Shown piece by piece: positions 1 through 9,905 of a stretch of DNA of 64,000 nt. Positions within the stretch are counted from its first letter, which is position 1; the number at the start of each line of letters is the position of its first letter. Source of the DNA: an uncultured Holophagae bacterium (lineage in GTDB: Bacteria > Acidobacteriota > Thermoanaerobaculia > Thermoanaerobaculales > Sulfomarinibacteraceae); the NCBI GenBank assembly GCA_963754985.1, contig CAVWIJ010000006.1:27245-91244 (forward strand), given 5' to 3'. The notes below the pieces were generated by a model. The model was given only the letters and a program-made list of their open reading frames with translations, did no database searches and was not told the DNA's origin. Made by a program: the position numbers and the translations under genes.

Positions 1-2
1 CG

Positions 3-764
3 CTGTCGCTCGCCGGTGGCCCGGCGCGGGTCACGGTGGAGCTTGCGGCCGGCCACGCCCGCTGCCGGATCGAGGCGAAGCGTACGCTCGCCGCCGACGA
101 GCGGGCCGCCGCACACGCGGCGGTCGTCCGTTGGCTGGCGCTCGACGGCGACGCCGGGCCGAGCCGGGAGGCGGCCCGGCGCGAGGATTGGCGGCGGCTG
201 CTCGCGCGCCGGCCCGGGCTGCGCGTCCCGCGCACGCCCTCGGTCTTCGAGGGCCTGGCCTGGGCGATCCTCGGCCAGCAGGTCAATCTCGCTTTCGCCT
301 ACCGGCTGCGCAGCCGGGTCATCGAGCTCGCGGGCGAGCGCCTCGATCCCTGGCTCGTCTGCCACCCGACGCCGGCGCGGCTCGCCGCCGTCGATCCCGC
401 CGACCTCGCCCGCCGCCAGCTCTCCCGCCGCAAGACGGAGTACCTGCTCGAGGCGGCGAAGGCCGTCGCCGGCGGGCTCGACCTCGAGGCGCTGCCAGCC
501 GGGTCCGCCACCCGCGCCGCCCAGCGCCTGTCCTCCCTGCGCGGCGTCGGCCCGTGGACCGTGCAGTACGTCCTGATGCGCGGCTGCGGCTTCGGCGACT
601 GCGTGCCGGCGTCCGACGTCGCCCTCGCGCGGGCCGCCCAGTCGTTCTTTGCCCTCGACCACCGTCCCGACGCCAGCGAGGTCGAGCGGCTGCTCGCTTC
701 GTTCGCTCCCCTGCGGAGCCTCGCCACCTTCCACCTCTGGAGCCTCACTGGAGATCCGTCATGA
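3..764 (+). CDS. alkA: DNA-3-methyladenine glycosylase II (AlkA family), 5'-partial, possibly C-terminal part of an Ada-AlkA fusion
   Basis: FEGLAWAILGQQV, HhH motif LRGVGPWTVQY, 'PASDVAL', 'RSLATFHLW'; frame open from window start; TGA overlaps ogt ATG (ATGA at 761-764). Confidence 0.9.
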   Translation: MSLAGGPARVTVELAAGHARCRIEAKRTLAADERAAAHAAVVRWLALDGDAGPSREAARREDWRRLLARRPGLRVPRTPSVFEGLAWAILGQQVNLAFAYRLRSRVIELAGERLDPWLVCHPTPARLAAVDPADLARRQLSRRKTEYLLEAAKAVAGGLDLEALPAGSATRAAQRLSSLRGVGPWTVQYVLMRGCGFGDCVPASDVALARAAQSFFALDHRPDASEVERLLASFAPLRSLATFHLWSLTGDPS

Positions 765-1270
765 CCCGCAGGGCACACGCATTCGACACCCCGCTCGACC
801 GCATGGTCACCGTCGTCGACGAGGACGGTGCGGTCCTCCTGCTCGAGTTCCTCAACGGCCAGTCGCCGCAGGCGATGGTTGCTCCGCTCGGTCCCGACGT
901 GGAGTGGTCCGCTGCCGGCTGCGCACAGGTGGTCGCGGCGGTCACCGCCTGGTTCCACGGCCGCCGTGAGGCGCTGGAGGGGCTCCGCATCCGACCGGCC
1001 GGGAGCCCCTTCCAGCTGCTCGTCTGGTCCGAGGTCCGCAAGGTGCCCTGCGGCACCACCTCGAGCTATGGCGAGATCGCCGCGCGGATCGGACGGCCCG
1101 GGGCGGCGCGCGCCGTCGGACGGGCCAACGCAACCAACCCGATCTGCCTCGTCGTGCCCTGCCACCGGATCGTCGGCGCCGACGGGTCGCTCACCGGCTA
1201 CGGTGGGGGGCTGGCGACGAAGGCGGCGCTGCTCGACCTGGAGGCCGGGCGTCCCTTACGCCGGTTCTGA
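761..1270 (+). CDS. ogt: methylated-DNA--protein-cysteine methyltransferase
   Basis: GSPFQLLVW, SYGEIA, ARAVGRANATNP, active-site PCHR, LTGYGGG. Confidence 0.95.
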   Translation: MTRRAHAFDTPLDRMVTVVDEDGAVLLLEFLNGQSPQAMVAPLGPDVEWSAAGCAQVVAAVTAWFHGRREALEGLRIRPAGSPFQLLVWSEVRKVPCGTTSSYGEIAARIGRPGAARAVGRANATNPICLVVPCHRIVGADGSLTGYGGGLATKAALLDLEAGRPLRRF

Positions 1271-1723
1271 CCGGGGGCAGCTGCGGAGGCCCGCCAGAGC
1301 ACCGTCTGCCGGCGTCCATTCCCGGGCTGCGGACCCCGGAGTGATTGTGGTCACTGTGAGTGTTTTGCGAATTCGTATCAATCCGCCTAGATTGGATGCG
1401 TGGCCGGCCCGCCATCGCCTTCGAGCTCGCTCCATCCGCCACGGATCGCTCGACCCGGGTTGCACTCTTTGACGGCGAGGCGTCGCTCGATCGCGTGCTG
1501 GGCAGGAGCATCGAGCCCGGTGCTCGCTGCTGGAGGTTTCCGCGTGTCACTTAGCCCGCATATCTCACCGGGTTTCGTCGCGAGGGCGGCGAGGCGCCGT
1601 GCGCAGTGGGGATTTCGACCCGAGGGGCGCGGAGGCGTACTCGCCAGTACGTCGAGCACCCCGAGGCGAGAAAGCACCGCTGAGTGCGGTGCATCGTTGG
1701 CCGCAGCAGAAAGTTGGTGAGAT

Positions 1724-2797
1724 ATGCGGGCTAGGGCCCAGTTGGCCGACGCCGTCGGGTTGGCCGAAGCCACCCCCGACGACGACGTCGCCATCCTGGG
1801 CTCGAGCCCCGCGATCCAGGAGGTGATGGCGAAGGTCGAGCTTGCCGCGCCAACCGACGTGAGTGTTCTGCTGCTGGGTGAGACGGGGACCGGCAAGGAG
1901 CTGGTGGCGCGTGAGATCCACCACAGGAGTGCTCGCCGCACGCGGTCCCTGGTCGCGGTCAACTGCGCCTCGGTCACCCGAGAGCTCTTCGAGAGCGAGT
2001 TCTTCGGCCACGTCAGGGGTGCCTTCACCGGAGCGATTCGCGATCGCGTCGGGCGCTTCCGCCTGGCCGACGGCGGCACCCTGTTTCTGGACGAGGTCAG
2101 CGAGATTCCCACCGACATGCAGGCCAAGCTGCTGCGGGTGCTCCAGGAGCAGCGCTTCGAACGGGTCGGCGACGAGTCTCCCCAGACCGTCGACGTCCGG
2201 ATGGTGGCTGCCACCAATCGCAACCTCGAGCTCGAGGTCGCGGAAGGGCGCTTCCGCTCCGACCTCTACTTTCGACTCAACGTCTTCCCGATCGCCATCC
2301 CTCCGCTGCGCGAGCGGCCCGAGGACATCGGCACTTTGGCCGCGCACTTCCTCGAGCGCGCGGCACGACAGCTCGATAGCCCCTGCCCTTCGCTCGGTGA
2401 GGAGGAGCTCCGCTCACTGCGCTCCTACAGCTGGCCGGGAAACGTCCGCGAGCTCCGCAACGTGATGGAGCGAGCGGCGATCACCGCGCTCGGCGGGAGG
2501 CTGGCCATCGAGCTCCAGATCCCAGGCGCCTCGCCGATGGTGCCCGCGCCCTCCTTCGCAGAGGGCGGAGTCGGCGGGCCGGCGCGAGTCCTCACCGAGG
2601 CCGAGATGCGCCGCTTCGAGCGCGAGAACCTGTGTACCGCCCTGCGCGCCTGTGACGGGAAGATCTACGGAACCGGCGGCGCCGCGGAGCTGCTCGAGAT
2701 GCCCCCCACGACTCTCGTCTACCGTCTGCGCAAGCTCGGGATCAAGCCCGCGAAGGGGCGGCGGAGAGCCCCCACCGGCGACGACCAGCTTTCGTGA
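1724..2797 (+). CDS. sigma54-dependent enhancer-binding protein (FhlA/NtrC-type AAA+ with C-terminal HTH), no sensory domain
   Basis: Walker A GETGTGKE, GAFTGA loop, Walker B LFLDEV, FRSDLYFRLNVFP, WPGNVREL, C-terminal GAAELL..PTTL..RLRKLGI. Confidence 0.93.
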   Translation: MRARAQLADAVGLAEATPDDDVAILGSSPAIQEVMAKVELAAPTDVSVLLLGETGTGKELVAREIHHRSARRTRSLVAVNCASVTRELFESEFFGHVRGAFTGAIRDRVGRFRLADGGTLFLDEVSEIPTDMQAKLLRVLQEQRFERVGDESPQTVDVRMVAATNRNLELEVAEGRFRSDLYFRLNVFPIAIPPLRERPEDIGTLAAHFLERAARQLDSPCPSLGEEELRSLRSYSWPGNVRELRNVMERAAITALGGRLAIELQIPGASPMVPAPSFAEGGVGGPARVLTEAEMRRFERENLCTALRACDGKIYGTGGAAELLEMPPTTLVYRLRKLGIKPAKGRRRAPTGDDQLS

Positions 2798-2820
2798 TCA
2801 CCACCACCAGGTCTGGTGGT
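2780..2820. promoter_or_regulatory. candidate upstream activator sequences (UAS) for the bEBP
   Basis: Perfect inverted repeat ACCACCAG-GT-CTGGTGGT (2803-2820) plus a related imperfect site ACGACCAGCTTTCGT just before it, about 90-125 bp upstream of the -24 element. Confidence 0.5.
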
Positions 2821-2904
2821 TTCTCCGCCCGGCTCGAGGGCTGAACGGCGCGTTTCCCCGCGCAACTGTCCGCCCCCCAGTCTTTTCTGAGATTTCGGCT
2901 CAAG

Positions 2905-2921
2905 TTGGCATCAAGCTTGCT
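2905..2921 (+). promoter_or_regulatory. sigma54 (-24/-12) promoter
   Basis: TTGGCATCAAGCTTGCT: GG(2907-08)-N10-GC(2919-20), near consensus TGGCAC-N5-TTGC; lies directly downstream of a bEBP gene. Confidence 0.8.
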
Positions 2922-3057
2922 CCTTCCCGTTGTCGATGCCGCTTCGCACTCGGGCCGCGGGTGCAGGCCACGGGGTGGCAGGTGGTATCGGGACCGTCGG
3001 TGGACTCAGAAACCGCCCGACAGGGCACAACCGCAGAAAAGAAAAGAGAGGAACGAC

Positions 3058-4350
3058 ATGAGCACGACACACAGTGTCACGCAGCAGTCAGCTCAGGCAC
3101 GTCGCCTGGCCGGTGCATTCGTGGCGGCGGCACTCGTCGCCGCGGCACCGCTCTGGTCGGCCGCGCCTGCACAATCCGGGTACCAATCCCAGGTGGAGGA
3201 CGAGCTCAAGGCGCCCCAAGCAGTCGGCGCCGTCTACACGATGACAAACACGTCGAGGGGCAACGAGATCATCGTCTACTCCCGCTTCGCCGACGGGAAG
3301 CTCGAGGAATCGACCCGGGTCGCCACCGGCGGGTCCGGCAGCGACAGGGCACTCACCAGTCTCGGCTCCGTGCAGCTCGTTGGCGAGCGCTTCCTGCTGG
3401 CCGTGAACCCGGGCGACTCGACGATCTCGGTGTTCCGACTGCGCTCCAGCACCGACGATACGAGGCTGCCCACCCTGATCGGAAAATGGCCATCAGGAGG
3501 CATGTATCCGGTCTCGATCGCCACGCGGGATGGCCTGGTCTATGTCCTCAACGCGGGACCCCTCCGGTCCTCGGCCACCGACCCTTCTCGCCCCTCGAAC
3601 ATCGCCCCCGTCGAGGGCTCGATCGCGGGCTTCGAGCTGTCCGAGAGGGGCCGGCTGATTCCCATCCCCGGCTCCATCCAGCCGCTTCCGAGCTCTCGGT
3701 CCGCGGCGGTCCAGATCGTGTTTTCGCCGGCGGGCGACGCGCTCCTGGTCTCCGACAGCGTGTCTGACTCCATCGCGGTCTACGGCGTCGATGAGGCAAC
3801 CGGCGTGGCCCGGCTCGCCGACGTCCACGGCAGCCACGGCGGAGCGGGCTCCTCGCACATGGCGACACCGTGGGGCCTCGCCTTCGACGCGAGGGGGTTC
3901 GTCTACTCCTCCGAGGCGGCCGACGCGATGCCGGATGCCAGCAGCGTCGGCGTGCACGCGGTGACGGAGGAAGACGACCGGATCTCGATCCGTTCGGCAG
4001 CCTCGTCACTGTCCATCGGGCAGACGTGGGCCGCCGGCGTCGCGGTCACCAGGAACGGCAGATGGGTCTTCACGTCCAATATGGGTTCGGACACCATCAC
4101 GGCGATCAGCGCGAGGGCGAGCGGCGGTCAGGTCCAGCTCAGCCTCGCCACGCCGAATGGGGTGTCGGCGATCACCGGCCGTAGTCCCGTCGCCCTCGCG
4201 TTGAGCCGCAACGACCGCTACCTGTACTCCCTCAACAGCGGCGACGGCAGCATCAGCGGGTTCCGACTCGACCGGCGGAACGGTATGCTCTCCGAGCTGC
4301 AGCAGCTGTTCGGCCTGCCTGCCAGTGCCAGCGGGCTGGCCGCCGAGTAG
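3058..4350 (+). CDS. secreted lactonase-family 7-bladed beta-propeller protein
   Basis: SD GAGAGGA before ATG; signal peptide; 'GAVYTMTN..GNEIIVY.R..DG.L', 'LLAVNPGDSTISVF', 'SGGMYPVSIA', 'LALSRNDRYLYSLN.GDGSISGF'. Confidence 0.8.
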   Translation: MSTTHSVTQQSAQARRLAGAFVAAALVAAAPLWSAAPAQSGYQSQVEDELKAPQAVGAVYTMTNTSRGNEIIVYSRFADGKLEESTRVATGGSGSDRALTSLGSVQLVGERFLLAVNPGDSTISVFRLRSSTDDTRLPTLIGKWPSGGMYPVSIATRDGLVYVLNAGPLRSSATDPSRPSNIAPVEGSIAGFELSERGRLIPIPGSIQPLPSSRSAAVQIVFSPAGDALLVSDSVSDSIAVYGVDEATGVARLADVHGSHGGAGSSHMATPWGLAFDARGFVYSSEAADAMPDASSVGVHAVTEEDDRISIRSAASSLSIGQTWAAGVAVTRNGRWVFTSNMGSDTITAISARASGGQVQLSLATPNGVSAITGRSPVALALSRNDRYLYSLNSGDGSISGFRLDRRNGMLSELQQLFGLPASASGLAAE

Positions 4351-4392
4351 CCGACACGCTGCTCGGACACCACCGCCGGCGCGGTACGCATC

Positions 4393-4426
4393 CAGGGGGT
4401 CGCCTCGTTTCGTGAGGCGGCCCCTG
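4393..4426 (+). terminator. GC-rich hairpin after the propeller gene (possible terminator)
   Basis: AGGGGGTCGCCTCG-TTTCG-TGAGGCGGCCCCT imperfect stem-loop; weak T tract. Confidence 0.4.
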
Positions 4427-4437
4427 CTTCGCCCCGT

Positions 4438-4541
4438 CGTCACGATGCGCGCAGCGCATCAAGCTTGGAGCGTGTTGGGCGGAGGCCAATCGCACGTATA
4501 CCTTCACGAGCACGCGCCGTGTCCCATGCCCGACACGCTCC
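4438..4541. mobile_element. miniature inverted-repeat element, copy 1
   Basis: TIRs GGAGCGTGTTGGGC (4467-4480) and GCCCGACACGCTCC (4528-4541), 13/14 match; preceded by hairpin GATGCGCGCAGCGCATC identical to 8971-8987. Confidence 0.65.
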
Positions 4542-4573
4542 GAGTGCAGCAGCAGCATCGGCAGGGTGGGCCC

Positions 4574-7500
4574 TCACGGCCGGCCACCGCCCGTGGTCGA
4601 GCCGGGTCCTCTCACGGGCGCCGAAAGCTCCTCGACCTCCCTCGCGACAAAGCGGATGAGGAACTCGGTGCCGGGCCCGGCCCCGGTCTCGATCGAACCC
4701 TCGAGCTGCCGCGCCAGCATCTGCACCAGTCGCAGCCCCAGCGAGCGGGCGCGCCGCCAGTCGAGATCGGCCGGCATCCCCACGCCGTTGTCGGCCACCC
4801 GCAGGCGGAGTCGCCCGGTGGCGGGCTCACGCGTCAGACCCACCGTCACCGCACCGCCATCGGATGGGAAGGCGTGCTTGAGCGCGTTGCTGACCAGCTC
4901 GTTCAGGATCAACCCGCACGGAACGGCGGTCGCGACCGACACCGCCACCGGCTCGACCTCGAGATGCAGCTTCACCCGCGCCCCCACCACACCGTGGGCG
5001 CTCCAGATCGACTGCATCAGGCTGGCGATGTAGTCGGCGAAGTTCAGCTTGGCCAGCCCGCCCGACTCGTAGAGCTTCTCGTGGATCAGGGCCATTGACC
5101 GGACCCGGTCCCGCAACTCTCCGAACACCTCGCGAAGGGCAGGGTCCGCGAGTGCGTCAGACTGCAGGCTGACCAGGCTGGAGACGACCTGGAGGTTGTT
5201 CTTCACCCGATGATGGATCTCGCGCAGCAGGAGCTCCTTCTCGGCCAGAGACTCGCGCAGCTGCTGCTCGATCCGCTTGCGCTCGGTGATGTCCTGGGTG
5301 ATGCCGAAGCCGCCGAGCAAGGCACCCTGCGGGTCGAACTCCAGGTACGCCTTCTCCCGCACCCACTTGATCTGCCCGTCCGCGACGATGCGGTGCTCGA
5401 CGTCGTAGGGTTCCCCGCGCAGGCCCGCGTTCCACCTCTCGTCAACGAAATCGCGGTCGTCGGGATGAATGGTCTCGAGGAAGGTCTGATAGCTCAGCGG
5501 AGTCCCCACGGGCACGCCGAAGATGCGGTGGCTCTCGTCGGACCAGGTCAGGACGTTGCGGCGGATGTCCAGCCGCCACCATCCGATCTGTCCGACCTCT
5601 TGAGCACGGTCCAGGTCTTCCCGGCTCTGGCGCAGGGCCTCCTCGGCGAGCTTGCGCGCCGTGATGTCGGTGAAGGCCGTGGCGAAGCGTCCGGGGGCCG
5701 GGGAGTACGCCAATACCTGGTACCAGCGGTCCAAGGCGGCGATATGCCGCTCGAAGCGCTCGCTCTGCCCGGTCTGGGCGACCCGGCCATAGGTCTCGAT
5801 CCAGGACGGCTCGACCGTGGGGATGACCTCGCGCACCGTGCGCCCGAGGATCGAGCGAACGTCGAGCCCGGTCAACCGTCCGAACGCCGGGTTGACCTCC
5901 AGGAAGCGGTAGTCGCAGGGCCGTCCCTGCTCGTCGTCAATCACCTCGTGCAGGGCGAATCCCTCGGCCATCGACTCGAACAGCGTCCGGTAGCGCTCCT
6001 CGCTCGCCCGCAGCGCTTCCTCCGCCTGTTTGCGGTCGGTAATGTCGATGCAGATCCCAGACATGCGCAGCGGTGCGCCGCTGGGGTCATAGCTTGCCTG
6101 GCCGCGAGCATCGATCCAGCGAAGCTCTCCCGACGGCAGCACGATCCGGTACTCGCTCGGCGAGAGGAGTGTGCTTCGCGATGGCTGCCTCGATGCGACG
6201 CTCAGCCGGCTCCCGATCGTCGGGATGCAGCAAGGTCCTCCACACCTCGAAGCTGGGTTCGTCGGCACCGGGATCCAGTCCGAAGAGGCGGAACAGCTCC
6301 TCGGACCACCCGAGCGTGCCGGTGCCCACGTCCCAGTCCCAGATCCCGGCTCCGGCCGAGACCTGCGCGAGCCTCAGGCGCGCGTCGCTCGCGCGCAGAG
6401 CCTGCTCTGCCTCCTTGTTGGCCGTCGTCTCCCAGGCCGCGATGACCAATCCCGGGCCTTCGTCACCAGGCTGCTGAACCCGCTGCATCGACCAGCTGAA
6501 GTACGCCGGCTCCAGCGGGCCGTCCGGCCGCCGGCTGATCATGTTGAGCTCGTCAACGACCTGATGCGGCTCGCCACTCTCCAGGACTCGGCGGCAGATC
6601 GCCGCGAAGTCCTGCCCGGTCTCCGGCCAGATCTCATCGAGGGTCCTGCCCAGCATCTCCTTGCCGGGAGCAATCATCTGGTAGGCCGGGTTGAACAGCT
6701 GCAAGCGCAGATCGCTCCCACGAATCAGGCAGACGGCGGCCGGCATCTGATTGATCACCGTCTCCAGAAGCTGGCGGTGGACGGTCAGCGCCTGCTCGGC
6801 GAGCTTGCGCTCCGTGGTTTCCTCGACGACGATGCTCACCCGGGTGATCCGCCCCTCGGCGTCCGTGATCGGCAACCACTGCTCGAGCCAGCTGCGCCGG
6901 GCGCCCGGCTGGGCGGGCGTCTCGCTGACGACCTCGAGGTCGAAGCAGGGCTGGCCGGTCTCCAGGACGCGGAGCAGTCCCGGCTCCACGGCGTCGGCCA
7001 GCTCCGGCATCACCTCGCGGACTGTCTTGCCGATGTGCTCCGCCGCCGGGATGCCGTTGATCTCGGCCAGCCTCTGGTTGATGCGGATGAACCGGAGCTC
7101 GCTGTCCAGCACGCACATCCCGACCGGGGCGTTGCTGTAAAGGTCCTCCAGCTCCACGAGCCGCAGCCGCGCCAGCGCCTCGGCCTGCTTGCGCGAGTTG
7201 ATGTCGGTCTCCGCGCCCGCCATCCGGACCACCCGCCCGGCTGCGTCGCGGCGGGCCAACCCCCGGTCCGCGACCCACATCCAGGAGCCGTCCTTGCGGC
7301 GGACCCGATACTCTTCGGCGAAGTACGGCGTCCTCCCGTCGAGATGCGCCTGCACGGCCGCCATCACGCGCGGCGCGTCGTCGGGGTGGATCGCCTCGTT
7401 CCAGTCGTTCGCCTCGTCGCCGAGCTCGTCTCCCGCATAGCCTCGCATTGCCTTCCAACGCGACGAGCGGACGATCGTGTTGCCCACGACGTCCCAGTCC

Positions 7501-7643
7501 CAGACCGCGGCATCTGCACCGGCCAGCACGAGCTCGTAGCGCTCGTTGGCCTCGCGAAGGGACTGCTCGGCTGCACTGCGGCCGTCAAGACGCAGCGATC
7601 TCGAGAGCCATGCCCGGATCCGCGAGACGAGATTGTCGGCCAT
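4574..7643 (-). CDS. soluble multi-PAS/PAC sensor histidine kinase (HisKA_2 type); one frameshift near 6160
   Basis: About six PAS/PAC repeats (WDWD..IHPDD..EYR), H-box EIHHRVKNNLQVVSSL, LILNELVSNALKHAF, DNGVG, SLGLRLV; ORFs 6087-7709 and 4574-6268 join as '...KHTPLA/SEYRIVLPSGELRW'. Confidence 0.88.
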
Positions 7644-7878
7644 GCTCCTGGCGGTCCCCTTGTCTCTCTGTACGTGGCTATTCAGGCCCGGGAGTCCCCT
7701 GGCCGTCAAGGTTAGCCCAACGGGTGGCAGCCCGCAATGCGACTGATCTCACTCGAGTGGTCCTTCCCAACCGGTGACGCGTGCCGACCTGCTGGTCCCG
7801 ATGACCGAGGTGTTCTCGGATACGCCGAAGTCAGACCGCGGCGATGAGCGGGGGAGCATCGCGCCGCCGCGCGGCGGC

Positions 7879-8745
7879 TCAGCCCGGCCCGCTCCTGCGC
7901 AGCTTCCGCTCCGCTTCGCGCCGGCTCCGCCGGCGCTCGCGGCCGGTGGTGCCCGCCGGCGGTGAGCTTGCCACCGGCGGCCACGACGCCGGGTCCTGGT
8001 TGTAGTACCAGGCGAGGACATCGTAGAGCTGCGGGTGGTGGGTCTTGAGGTAGAGGCCGCGCTCGAAGAACGACTCGGTGGCCACGGCGAAGAACTCCGC
8101 CTCGTCCTCGGCGCCGTAGGAGTCGAGCGCCTTGACCCGGCGGCCGGCCTCGACCTCGCTGTCGAAGGCCTCGAAGGCCGCCAGGAAGGTGTCCATCCGG
8201 CGCACCGCCTCCTCGCGCCCTCCCTCGAACGCCGACGGGCTCGCGGTCAGCACGTCGATCAGGTCGATCTGGTGGGCCATCTCGTGGAGCACGAGATTGC
8301 GGCCGGACAGCGCCCGCGCGTCGGCAGCCAGCTCCTGCCACGACAGCACGACGAGGCCGCGCTCCCAGGCCTCGCCCTCGCGCTCGTCGATCTCCTCGGT
8401 GACGACGCCCGCCTCGTCCTCCCAGACATCGGGCGCCCGGTAGCTGGTCGGGTAGACGAGGATCGATCGCACATGGTCGAAGGCATCGACCGAGCGCCCG
8501 AGGGTCAGCACGCAGGCCTGGGCCGCGATCACGGCCCGCTTGGCGTCGTCGAGGCTCATGCCGCCGCAGGGCTCCCAGTCGCGCTCGGCCATGAACAGGC
8601 GCAGGTCGTCGATGAGGCGCGGCTTCGCCGCCTCCGGCACCGCGCGCCACAGCGCGACGTCGAGCTCGAGCCGGACCCGCCACTCGTCGGGGAACGGCGA
8701 CGCGAGGATCCTCGCCCGCCGCCGCCTGCGCCACCAACCCAGCAT
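7879..8745 (-). CDS. MtfA-family (M90) zinc-dependent peptidase
   Basis: IAAQAC, ILVYP, GEAW..G.VVLSW, zinc motif HEMAH, YGA...EFFAVATESFFE; SD GGAGGAG before ATG 8745. Confidence 0.9.
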   Translation of the reverse strand: MLGWWRRRRRARILASPFPDEWRVRLELDVALWRAVPEAAKPRLIDDLRLFMAERDWEPCGGMSLDDAKRAVIAAQACVLTLGRSVDAFDHVRSILVYPTSYRAPDVWEDEAGVVTEEIDEREGEAWERGLVVLSWQELAADARALSGRNLVLHEMAHQIDLIDVLTASPSAFEGGREEAVRRMDTFLAAFEAFDSEVEAGRRVKALDSYGAEDEAEFFAVATESFFERGLYLKTHHPQLYDVLAWYYNQDPASWPPVASSPPAGTTGRERRRSRREAERKLRRSGPG

Positions 8746-8814
8746 CGCTCCTCCGGCCCCCATCGTACGCGAGCCGGGCCGGAGCGCCACTGTGGCACGA
8801 ACTGCTTCTGGAGG

Positions 8815-8964
8815 GCAGCGTCGAGCCTCCTTCGCCTGGCCGAAAGCCGACTCGGCGATGACCTTGCGCCGGGAGTAAACTCGGCGGCCCGACTCGGTGG
8901 TGCGCTTCTCCAGCATGGCACGCCACAGCTTCTCCCCGCGCCGGACGGGCTTGAGCCGCTCCAT
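8815..8964 (-). pseudogene. IS1182-family transposase C-terminal fragment
   Basis: 'AMLEKRTTESGRRVYSRRKVIAESAFGQAKEARR' resembles the IS1182 DDE tail (M..KL.T..GR..Y..RK...E..FG.IK); adjacent to the TIR element. Confidence 0.65.
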
Positions 8965-9067
8965 CGTCAGGATGCGCGCAGCGCATCCCGAGGAGCGTGT
9001 GGGCAGAGGCCAACAACAGGGACCACGTCAGGAACGCGCCCAGGGGCCTATGCCCCACACGCTCCTA
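8965..9067. mobile_element. miniature inverted-repeat element, copy 2
   Basis: TIRs AGGAGCGTGTGGGCA (8991-9005) and TGCCCCACACGCTCCT (9051-9066); same flanking hairpin as copy 1; overlaps the TAG stop of the neighbouring gene. Confidence 0.7.
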
Positions 9068-9718
9068 CTCGACGCTGAGCGACTGCAGCTCGACCGGGAT
9101 CGGCGGGTTGTAGGTCAGGTCGTCGAACACCGCCACCCCGCCGGTGAAGCTCAGCCGGCAGGACGCGATCTGCCCGGCGGCGGTGACCGACAGCGGCTGC
9201 AGCGCCGAGGTGCCGGTGATCGACTGCGAGCCGACCGACGCGGCGCCGGCATCGAAGCACTCCAGCGTGATGGTGCCGGCCGAGTCGCCGCCGCCGTTGA
9301 TCGCCACCGTGTCCACGGCCACGCTGAAGGTCAGCGTCTCCGGGCCGCGCGGGATGCCGCCGTTTGACAGGCTGCTGTTGATGTTGAAGGCGAGGAAGTT
9401 GGGCGCGCTGTAGCCGCTGACTCCGAAGTTCCCGCACTCGTCGAGGATCGCGCCGCCGTCGTTGCCGCCGGGGCCGCTGAACACCACTCCGAGAGCGCTG
9501 TACTCGGTGGTCAGGGCGACGGTGCTCGCGAAGTTGCAGGGCTGGGTTCCGTCGTCGAAGTCGATGTCCCCGGGCACGCTGGCCTCGAAGCCTCCGGCCG
9601 CCGGCACGCCGCTGACGGCGCCGGCCTGCACTCCGTTCTCGACCTGGGCCGCACCCACTCCGAGCCACAGCACCAACACCACTACCGCACCGACAACACT
9701 CAAATACTCACGCCGCAT
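9065..9718 (-). CDS. secreted hypothetical beta-sandwich protein with C-terminal IPVELQSLSVE tag
   Basis: SD AGGAGG, signal peptide MRREYLSVVGAVVVLVLWLGVGAA, 'IDFDD...EYSALGVVFSG...FDDLTY', C-terminal PVELQ motif. Confidence 0.8.
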   Translation of the reverse strand: MRREYLSVVGAVVVLVLWLGVGAAQVENGVQAGAVSGVPAAGGFEASVPGDIDFDDGTQPCNFASTVALTTEYSALGVVFSGPGGNDGGAILDECGNFGVSGYSAPNFLAFNINSSLSNGGIPRGPETLTFSVAVDTVAINGGGDSAGTITLECFDAGAASVGSQSITGTSALQPLSVTAAGQIASCRLSFTGGVAVFDDLTYNPPIPVELQSLSVE

Positions 9719-9905
9719 GGGTTGCCTCCTGGCTCTCGTCGCCGCTGGCTTGATTATCGTGTTCTCTCGTGCCACGAGTATAGCGTGAAGTCTCGGCGGC
9801 GGCGTAGCGCCCTCAACCGAGATGCCTCCCCACCCAGACGTGACCCGGGCGGGCCGCCCGATGAGCGGCGCCTCCCCTCATCGCTTGTGGACGCGGCCCG
9901 ACGCC

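Noticed and set aside
1271-1723. Small ORFs or ncRNA between ogt and the bEBP gene
   Set aside because: No recognisable motif, SD or convincing structure
8746-8964. N-terminal extension of the MtfA ORF as a real fusion
   Set aside because: The extension is a transposase remnant that happens to be in frame; a strong SD precedes ATG 8745
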